A stretch of 27,729 bases of DNA, from the NCBI GenBank assembly GCA_000934665.2, contig KZ538033.1:124001-151729 (forward strand), given 5' to 3'. The stretch is from Catajapyx aquilonaris. Lineage: Eukaryota. Of this stretch, positions 12,955-23,617 are shown one piece after another. Made by a program: the position numbers and the translations under genes. The notes beneath the pieces are model-generated. The model was not told the DNA's origin. It did no database searches and saw only the letters and a program-made list of their open reading frames with translations. Numbering within the stretch: position 1 is the stretch's first letter; every line of letters starts with the position of its first letter.

Positions 12955-15900
12955 CACCCATCGCCCAGAGAATCTGCAAAAGTTCATGTGGTGTAGAAGT
13001 GGAAACCCTGTAAAGAAAATTGCTCTGCAGTTTCGCCACTGCAGTTCTCCAGAATTAATGGAAAATGTCGCCGCCTTTTCCTTTACCGAGCTCTAATTTT
13101 TGCCAATCGGGAATGGGCCAGAGTGCAAATAAATTTTTGCAGGCCTGCACGCCGCCATCTGGAGAGTGTGTGGGATATTATATATGTGGAGGAACATTAC
13201 CACTTTACAACAGTGTCGCCATACCCGCTTTTCTGTTAACCTCCATTATGACCCACTTCTCGGGTTAACGTCTCCCAAAATCGCATTATGCATAAGACAT
13301 GCGCACGGAACTTACGGAATACTAATTTTCTTACTTTGCTGCATCAAATCGTGCCAAGTGGAAAGAGAAATTCCGCGTCTAATCGCAAGTGTGGCAAGAC
13401 ATCTCATTTTCAGGCGACGACTTGGGAGCTTTTCCCGCGCTCGCTTTTAATAGACAAAGAAAAGCTCGCTGATGTCAACTGGCAATGAATCGCAATTTAT
13501 GCTCGCTGAAAAGGCGGGGCCAGGACAGGCGCGGCAAAACTGGTACAAATTAAAATTTTAATCCGGCGCATTGCAGCTTTTTTTTTTTTGCAAAAAATTT
13601 TATTGAAAAAGCGGAAACTCTGTAAAAGATTAAGGCGGCGAAACCGACCGCTTCTATTTCCAATAACGCAATTTAATTACCTACCCCCATCACTGAAACA
13701 TTCCATACCTCAGACACGGCCGTTACTTACACAAAGCAATACCCCAAATGCCTATAGCTCCAGCCGAAATTTATTAAACCGAAAACGAGCTTCCGCTTCC
13801 GCCCGGTTAGCGCCGCACAAAAACGAAAAAATCTTGGTCCAGCTTTTCCCTTCTCTAATTTTGTTAATTGCATTTGGTGGTGAATACGTTACCAGATTTG
13901 GGTACAAAGTACGCCCTAATAAGGGCTGCTCGTTTCCCCTGCTATCTGGGACACACCGAACGTCACAGCAGAAACCCCCCAGCTAACCTCTCCAGCTCCG
14001 TGACTCGACGACATGGGGAATACGCACCGATGGCTTGTACCTTTGCCAGAACCACCAGACCTAGTCCTAAAAAAAACTAGCCACCAACATTGGCTCCGAG
14101 CTCTACCTTTTTTTTACGCTTCTATTCGTCCTATGTTGTGTATCTCTCAACTAGGATGGGGGTAAAAGTAACGAGAACAAGCAGACTATTTTACGGTCGG
14201 CTGACTGGCTCGGGTGATATATAAAATGGTTTGTGGATCCTCGGATGCTGGTATACTAAACATACATACACAGAGGGAGAGAAGGATTTCTCTGGCGGTT
14301 ACCAACCCGGAGATATTGGGGAATTCCCTCGCCCTCTCCCTCTCGACGACTCTCTACTTCCTCATTCTTGGGGCTACGGGATGGAATTTATATATCGTTT
14401 TGCTACCTGCTTGCACACTGAAGAAAATGTCTTTGATGTGGCAATTCGACTCTTGGTTTGCTACTTTCGTGCTGTAGTGATTCGCAAGCAGACTCGGAAT
14501 ACATCGCTCTAATTGCCGAAACCATACAATTGCTTGAAACGGCGGAGATAATTCAACACGGCAATCTGAAACGCGACTCAAGTCAATAACGCCACATCGT
14601 ACATGAAAATTGTGTGTTTATAATGGGGTCCTAGCCTACATTTCGCAAACCCGTGTAAAAAATCGTCCTTATTTTTAAATGGATTTTGGTGTTTTTTGTT
14701 TGAAGTAATGTATATTAGCTTTCGAGCTATGATCGATCTATGTTCCTAATCATTATACGGTATCGTATTGCCCTCTGACGTCACTTGGGTCAGAGGCCAC
14801 GCCCCCGTTTTTCTCGCCAATTTGCAAGTGACTTTTAAACCCCCTATAATTTATCGAGGAATGACATTCTGGTGCAGAAAAGTGGTGAAAAGAGTGTTTA
14901 TATGTATGGTTGAGCTATTCGTGCAAAAATTACCCAAATCCCAGGCCAAGGCTAGGACCCCATTAAAGCTCCTCTCCTCGCTGGTACTATTGTCTAATAT
15001 TGTACTGTACGTATCATTGTGCTGAATATCACAAATACCTAATTATACACTAGGTTGTAAAGCCTAGCATAACAAATACTGTTCATTTTTCAGCATTTGA
15101 ACAAAACATTTAATCGGATTGCGCAAATTTCACTATGTTATGAGTCCCGTTCAATCGGATCGCTGCTACAAGCTGCGTTAATAACCTTCCTGATATGGCC
15201 AAATTAAGAGACTTTTCCGTGAAGAACTAATTGCAAATGCAACAATCAAACGTGATTCAATTTTCGTTAGGCTTGATACTCTTATACCAGGGGAAAAGTA
15301 AAGAAGTTTCCAACTCCTTCAACTCATTATCTCTAATTAATTAACCCTACTTACATTGTCAGAATAATAAGCTCGAATCTCCAAGCCATAGAGTTTTCTA
15401 AAGGAAAAAAAGACTGACGAAGCTAATAATTCATTTTGGCATGGGGAGGAGAAGTCAGCATCTTCTGTTTTCCCGCAATTATCTAAAAAGTCAGTAATGC
15501 CTACTTCCCGTATCGCTGTTGCTCCAGGAAAAACGCAGTTTAATCAATTAAAATTCTACGGAGATTTTGTTTTCCTCCAGGATGAAGACGGCGAGACATT
15601 ATCCCCCGCTGCCGTCAGTTTCCAAAACGCAGGCCCTTGACTTTATCAACGCGTCTCAGCCTCAATAGCTGGCTATATTTTCAGAAACATTGCTCCGAAT
15701 CCCTGCTAAATATGTAACGGATTTATAAAAAGTACTGGCACTGGAGGTGGATTCTGATGTTAATGTAAAATAGATCCTGGATAACAAAAAATGCATAATT
15801 ATACGGCATGACATGATGAATAATAGTGTATTAAACATGCATGTCAATTAACTGACCAAGTGTTTAATATATTGTTCGACCAAAAACTATACTGTGTTGG

Positions 15901-17348
15901 AAGCAATAATCAGCCACATTGTTGCTTATCTAGACTGAGTGGACACACAATCCACAACTTATTCGACCACCATCAGTACAACAATGAATAACTGAATAAA
16001 ACTCACTTGTTACACAGACATATTAGTTTGTAATATCTGCCCAAAAAATCTGTCAAAAGTTCCCTGGCGCATAACAATCATCAGAACTCTTAACTTTTTA
16101 CTCGTTTTTTTCCACTGACAGGGAGTTTCACCTCATATATTTGGCCAAAACTTTGTTGATAAAGTACGGTAGATCAAAATTTAATCCTGCTGGTAACAAA
16201 TTAGTATGCATACACCACACAAATTGGTATAAAATTGTTACCCAATCCAGTTTGCTTCCCACAACAACTCGTCAAAAAATAATTTTGTACCAGAAACTAC
16301 TTTTTTGATTTATCCACATATGCATGAAATTTGCTCATTGGTGTAATGAAGTTTCTAGGTGTAGTCTAACAGCACTACAACATTCCAACTCAATGTACAC
16401 ATACAAGAAAAGAATTCCTCGGGATCAATACCCCCTGAGCATTACCTCACAAGGACCGCAACATGTCCTGCACGTAACAAGTCACCTTGTTCAATGATTG
16501 GTCTAAACCTATACAGCATCAGGAGAGGGGGTTAAATAGAAGGAAAGAGCGGGGTGATAGAGCCAATGAACCAAGCCCGAGGACATCAATCGAATTTAAT
16601 CCGGGTGGCAGAATTTGGGTAAACGAGGCAGGCGCTTTTCCCGGAATCCGTCAGCAACCCTCTAAGGCCTTCCTAGGTTTGGGTATATAGGTCTTTTTTT
16701 TCGAGAGACTCTCCGGTAATCAAGCTCGAATGGCTCGGACTGTCCGGAAATGAAATCCCACACAAATTCCAGGATTTTCCTAAATAAAAATTTGTTTAGC
16801 TGCCTAGCACTATTATTGACACAACGGATTCCAATAGTCATCACCCATCGGTGTTGGACGCTCACTATAGAGCCCAGCATACTAGAATCGAAACACCTTG
16901 TTTTATTTAAAACGGCAACATTAACAGTGAGTGACGTGTTTCCCTTCCTGCCACTGTGTTTACCCACGAGAGGCCGCTACGTTAATCCATTAATATCCAG
17001 AGCATTCATCTGGGGGGAACAGCGGAATTTTAATATGTTCCTACACGCATGTATCCCCCAAAAATTTATTTGTATTCCAAAAAAACAACAATCAATTGGC
17101 TCCCTCTACGTCGCATATGGTTCGACATTACCTCTTGTTTTATTCAAACTGGGAGAGAAATCTTGATTAACTACTTTATGCAAATTGTTTGTGCGCGTCG
17201 CCCAAGCTTCGACTGTAATTATGACTTTTTTTTGCGTGGGAGGGGTGGGTTATAGGGGAGGGCAGATTGACAGCTTTCATTGGCACAGGCACTGGAAAAT
17301 TGCGGGGCAAACACGAAAATTAATTCCCCAGGCGTCCACGTTAACCCT

Positions 17349-17380
17349 GAAAGACCCGAGGGTTTTGGGTCGGGTCTTTC
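17349..17380. repeat. Perfect 11-bp inverted repeat (hairpin)
   Basis: GAAAGACCCGA, 10-nt loop GGGTTTTGGG, TCGGGTCTTTC. Confidence 0.85.
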
Positions 17381-17943
17381 TATTGAAAACAAGGGGAAAA
17401 AACGGGTCGTATCCGGATTCGCCTCACCAAAAAATATATCGACCACAATGGTGTTCCCAGCACCCAACCACCGCACTTCTGACGTCACTAATGATGTTTC
17501 CAACTGAATAGCTGCATCTATGGTCGGGGCCAAATGATCACAGCAGGTTTCACTGTCAAAGCGAACTAATCCGGGCTGAAACCTGGACAAAGCCCACTAT
17601 CAGTGCGGAAAGAGTCGGCGGCTGGAAAAGAGGTTCCGGGAGGCAAAAATGGTGGCTAACTCCCATCAATGGACTAGCCTAGATCGCTCACTGTCATAAT
17701 ACGGGGGACCACGTGTACCCGCAAAGCTAAAAAACAATGCACACACCACCGGATGCGAATCTGCTTAGCAAGGCATTAACCTTCCAACCCGGATCGGAAG
17801 CTGGCCACGAAATGACCAGATCGCATCCGAATTAGGGACAGAACAATCGATTATCATCAAACGTTTCACATCAATTCTGTGGACAACTTCTCAAAAATCG
17901 AGCCAATGTACGTAACTGTCTAAATTTGCATTTCCTCCTCATG

Positions 17944-17988
17944 GCATCGGGCGAATATTCGTCGGGTAAGTTTGCATCGGGCGAACTG
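17944..17988. repeat. Three-unit tandem repeat with a 15-bp period
   Basis: GCATCGGGCGAATAT / TCGTCGGGTAAGTTT / GCATCGGGCGAACTG; TCGGG recurs at 17947, 17962 and 17977. Confidence 0.75.
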
Positions 17989-19113
17989 TGACGAAACCGT
18001 CTAAAACAGGGTTCAGTATAGACTGTGTGACTGCTAGTGACATGTGTTGGCCAAAAGCACTCAACAAGCACGCAGTGTGTGCTCACAATATTATTGATTT
18101 GGTCACCTAATGTTTGCACGTGAAAGGTGCGAACGTATAATGTGTACACACATAGGGTGTTTCTAAAATGTGAGATCAGTTTCACTGTCCGGCCAAAAGA
18201 AGCGACAGGTTGTAGCCATACCGGCTCCAAGCGTTGTTAGACAGCGAAATGTCCCACTTAGAGACCCTCGCCGCTCTTTCAGGAGTAAATGTCCGTTTTA
18301 TTGAAGCCGGAGAATTACACTTCCCCAATGGGTCCGAGCCGAGAAACAAGAGATGCCACTAGGGTCCTGTTTAATTAACGAAGTAGATGAACCCCCTCCC
18401 ACCCTCCCCCTTCCAGTCATACCCGCCCACCCTCCTCTCTTTTGTCGCCAGTGTCCAAAATGCACCGCCGTTATGAACTAATCAGACCTGCTCAAAATGT
18501 TAATTTATTGCGCAAGCAGCTTCATTTAGCCGGCATTTAATGAAAAAGATGAGACTCGGTGTGTCCCTGATACATAATTTATAAAACCGGAGCTACGCTG
18601 GGACCGTTTCCGATGACCGTTTTCCAGCTCTAGTTATACATACACACTGTTGTTTACTCCGATCCTCATAATACCCGATGCAACACACAAAAAAAAGTTT
18701 GAAACCAACTGTGTCAATATTCGTCTGATTAGTTTAAACGGCACGTGCTGTTTTCTGCACTGTGTCTATCAACCTCTTCCGCACCCGTTGTTATTGTTTG
18801 ATTTTTTTTTGTCGCTTGTTCCGAACCAGCCACGTCGCTTATGCTTCCAAATCGCATATTAATTTACATCGATCGCAAATCACTTTGCGCTACAGCGGAG
18901 CGGACATTGCAAATCCGAACTGGGGTTGGTTATCGTGGTGAGGTGTTGCTGCTGGAATCAAGATGGGGCCGCATACACTAAAAAAAAAGTGGAAACGTGT
19001 GCCAAATTTTTATGCACTCTCGGGGAACAATCTATATATCCTTTGTTTTAAAGCGGACAAGTCAGAAAATATATATTTGAATTAAAAGTTTACAGAACTA
19101 TAGCCCACACGCT

Positions 19114-19129
19114 GGGGGGGGGGGGGGGN
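19114..19129. repeat. Poly-G homopolymer with an ambiguous base
   Basis: 15 G followed by N at 19129. Confidence 0.9.
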
Positions 19130-21360
19130 TTTTCTGAACACAACGGCTACATCAGTGCATAATTAAACACTTTTTTTTGGGTCTGTTGTATGTGGTCCGG
19201 CCTACAAGCATAGTATTATGAACATGGATGCTAAAATAATAAATACGGCCCTGTAGGATTTAAGCCTCGGAGGGGTATTAATGTGGCAGAATGTAGGCAT
19301 GTCCAAGAACGCAGCAAATTTTTAATCATTGTTACGGCCCTTTGATATGCAAGAATGACGTCGAGAGACATTCCATCGGGCTCAAAATTGTACATGTAAT
19401 GAATCAAAGCCCGTAATATTATTAGACCTTAAGCCATAATTAAAACTTTCGTTAATCAAATAAATAAATGGCAAGTTGGCAACATGCCGACCAGAAGTAA
19501 AATTTGGCTACATACGCCTTTACTACATGTATTTTGTATGCAAACAATGTACTGTACAGCGCATATTGAAAAATTGTTGAAAAATAAGCAAGCAGGATCT
19601 CCGAATAATCTCAACATATTATCCAAATCCAAAGCATCGTGTTTACCAGCCTCACATTTTTGCAACAATGCATCAACTCGGAAAATACGAGTGTCACTTG
19701 ATGGAGACCGGAAAATCCTCCTAATTCTTGACTATATACTGTGCAACATCGCCCCATAGCCTTTTCATCTCCTTTCTTTTTCTCTCTATTTTTTCCTATA
19801 TTTTTTTCTCTCCTATCCTGCGGCTTCCCACGCATCGTATTATTAAACATGCTGGCGGTTTGCGAGCAGGAAACAGGTCCGGGGCCAGAACCTCCAAAAT
19901 GCATTTGGAGGGCCTCAGTGTTGGGTGTAGAACCGGCCGGAAGCCATCCACTACCTTCTCCGGAGATATATGACCCCCATCTGATATTATTCTCAAATTG
20001 TGATATACGGCCCCGGATTCAAGAGATCCCGTACCAAAACAAGCGAAACTGCACGACCCTGCAGTCAACCGAGGTCGAAAAGAGGAAAGGACATAAATTC
20101 AACTCTGAATTGCGCGTAATTGAGCCCCAATTACGCACATTACTACCTTCCAACCCTAAATAGTGTATTACGACATATCTGTTGGAATAACCGCGCATAT
20201 ATAATTTCCGGATAATTACTGGAAGTTCTGAAAAGCAATGAAGTGCTTATCCGTATATTACTTGTTTCAGTTAGAAACCCGCAGATTTTGCGGGGCGAAC
20301 TTTTAGGTGGGGGTATTTATCAGAATCATTTATCCGGGTAATTTCTCCTCGGTGCATTAGACTGTGAAGAAAATCTTTGCAAAGGGTTCCGCTTTTCCTA
20401 CACGTAACCCATTAGCTCCTGTTCCACCCGTAATCGCCACGCGTATTTTGTATCCGGGGCATATCTTCTGGAGGGAAACAATTTGAGAAAATTCATCCAG
20501 AATAATTGTTCGTCTGCGCAGACATTATTTCCACGGGATGTGTCCGATAGCGAGAAGCAATTACACCGGAGAATAATAATAATGAAACGGCAGGGGCTTT
20601 TTTAAAAATTAAAAAAAACGGAAACTTGAAGGATGATTGCAAACTAAGAGTTTCCGCCTCCCAACTTCTTGGAGCATTAGTCACAAGAGAGAGAAACGCA
20701 TTGTTTTTCACTCCCACTTGAGATAACACACCCCTTAGTCGCATAATTTTCTTTAAGCTCATTAACGTTGATGACTCCGCGACTTTGTGTAAACCATCTT
20801 GCAAATGACGGTTTCTCTTGCTGCCGACTTGGCCCGACTTTGCTGAATCGACCCGGGTTGCTACCAACACTGTTTCCTAGGCTGCACAAGGCCTCGCAAA
20901 TTGACGGAATTCAAATCCTTGATACATGTATTTTTTCGAGGGTCCTTATGTATCAGGGTGACTTGAGCCTCATTACGTAGCCAAGCAACAGTCCTTTAGC
21001 AGCATTCAAAAAGGGTGCTGATTAACAATGCATACGATAATTGGTATGCAGTTAGATGTAAAAATGGCAATCACTGGTGCTGGTGGATAAGGATCGGCTT
21101 GTCCTTCGATCCGGAACTATGCACAGCAGACCAACGCCTTTATGACGTCAATAACTGACTAAACCCGTGGGCTATATTCTACATTGTATATTATTTTATA
21201 TATACATACATTCAACCCTGCATGAAAGAGAAATTACCATTATCCTCCTCACATTAACATATACTTCCCCCTTCCTTTTCTTATCATAACATGCACAGTT
21301 CATTTCACCGAGCCTGACTGCCTTTTCAAATCTGCAGACAAGACTGTTGGAGCATAAAGG

Positions 21361-21374
21361 CCNCCCCCCCCCCC
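21361..21374. repeat. Poly-C homopolymer with an ambiguous base
   Basis: C run with N at 21363. Confidence 0.9.
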
Positions 21375-22513
21375 TTCGTCTTAACTGAATTGTTAAGACC
21401 GTGCTTTTCCTGTGCACAAAACCCACGGCCCCATTCCAAGAAGATAAGAAATCCCGAGGATTCCCAAAATTCTGCGTATAGTTATGACCCACATTTCGCC
21501 ATGAAAGGACCGCAGAAAACAATGGCATAACCTCTGTCAGAATTTATTAAAGCCCTGAAAATATAGCTGTTACTAATATAAGTGAATGCGTAAATTTGCT
21601 ACGAGAAGATTATTTCACGTGCTTCTGGCGCAGAAAACATTCGGACAGAATATGGTCGATATCCAACCCACATTTTTTTTTCTTTTTCTCTCTCCCTGAC
21701 TAATCACTTTCTTGAACTGCGCCGATCACTAAATCAGCAGCCTCTGTAATTATCCGCTCGCAGCATTAACGCAACTGCTCCAAGCGGCATGAAATTCCGC
21801 AGAAGCGCACATAAACCCATTAAAACCGGCCCGACACGACATCACTAGTCTAAACGTGGGTGTGTGGGGTGGGCCATTGTGGGTGGGTGGGTTAGAAATG
21901 AAAGTTTTCGACCCGGGACTCTCTCGTGAGACGAAACTTGAACCTTTCCGTGATGACGACGACCCTTTAACTTCAGAGTTTGCTCCAGAAGACACGCATG
22001 AAGAATGCCCTTAACACACGCGCCAACACGTGCCTACTATGCTCGTAAACAAAGTTTCCAACTCCAGAGTGTTGCAATTTTCCGAATGTGAGACACGCAC
22101 AGTGTCTTCAGACACTGAATTTTTCCACCAACACACGCGGTGGAAAATGGTGGAAAAATTTTGGCCACCAGAATCATACCCTTGCAAAAGTCCCTAAATT
22201 GAGACGAATGACCCCACACTAAATCATATCCCCCCCACTGCAAGAGAAAGAGAGGAGGGGAAGCAGCAGCCTGTCATTTAGGCTCGGCGACAGGACACGA
22301 ATAAAAATGCGGAAAGCCACTTGTCACAGTAAGCCAGCCATAAATTACACCCCACCCTGAGGAAATATGCGAGCCCCCCACCCCCCATACCCTCTCCACC
22401 TCTGAATATTCCCGGAATGTCTATTGGATATCGATTCCAACCTCCCCCTGACCTGACCAACTCTCCTTTCACATTGGGTTAGCTCACCTTCACCTCTCTC
22501 CACAATGCCCATA

Positions 22514-22716
22514 TACAGGGTGAACCAACAAGAAACAAAAATTCTGCTATTTTCAACCATATTCTAGGGGTGTAACTGCTACATGAAAAGAGCGGCTATT
22601 TTCAACTAATATACGTAACTGCTTACTGTCAAGGGCCGATTGCAGCATAGCACATTCACTAATCTGATATTTTCTACTCAATTTTTACGAAACCGGCAAC
22701 AGTGGAGCACCCTGTA
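22514..22716. mobile_element. Tc1/mariner-type MITE-like relic (199 bp between TA dinucleotides)
   Basis: Left end TA-CAGGGTGaaCCA (from 22514); right end TGGagCACCCTG-TA (to 22716). Inward-facing inverted termini with TA flanks; no coding capacity. Confidence 0.55.
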
Positions 22717-23589
22717 CGTTGCCATCACATACACACGCTCTGTATGCACCGGAGCAACTAATAATGTCCAGACGCCACAAAAATGACCGTGACGGATGTG
22801 CCCCGCTCGTGGTTGCCGAGAGATATGGACACCTCGTGCGCACGTGACATTTTTCATAATCACGCCTCTAATGTGACACTCCCGGCTCACAAAACCCTGT
22901 TAATTATTTCACCCATCAGTGTGATAAATAGAGCGGGGAGCAGGAAGCGTCAATAATACACCTCGTTGAAATGGTGTACAATTTTAAATGCTGACCTCGC
23001 GACCTCGTACGTGACACTTGTCTCACTTGCATGCTTTGGATAGAAGACTAAAACTTTGTGCGCCAAATGACAAAGTTAGCAACGTGCACTGTGTAGCCGG
23101 TGATTCATGGCCAATTTAACATAATACGAGTGCTGAATAGACTGTTACGCATTTTAGCGCCCGTGGTTTTCGCAGGACGAATTAAAATTAATAATGGTAG
23201 CGAAACATCAACAATGACGTGGGTGGGGGGGAAAAAACTAATGTACAGTGTCATTTACTCACGCAGCCGTTGTTACAATTATTCGTCACGGAGCTTAACC
23301 CATTCGAATATATTACACTATTGAAAGCTAACATGCAGCGTGTTTAATTACTGCGTTGCAGCACTAATGCGTATTATGAATTTGCTTTCTTCGCTTCATG
23401 CAGGTTGGATAAATTGTGCAAGGGCATAATTATTATGATAAATATTTTCTTTAAAATTACGGAAACACGCACTTTGCAACGTATACAGCGTATACTTAGA
23501 AATCATTACTACCATTTTTGCAGGTATGTAAGCGAATGTGTGAGTCATGTACCCTTTTTACATGTTTTATTTCTTCACATTTCACAACA

Positions 23590-23617
23590 GTGTGTGTGAG
23601 AGAGAGAGAAAGAGAGA
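23590..23617. repeat. Compound (GT)n(GA)n microsatellite
   Basis: gtgtgtgtgagagagagagaaagagaga. Confidence 0.8.

Noticed and set aside
22100..22117. CAGTGTC-TTCA-GACACTG hairpin containing CTGAAGA on the minus strand (hammerhead core-like)
   Set aside because: The CTGANGA is buried in its own stem, and no three-stem hammerhead architecture with GAAA and NUH could be built.
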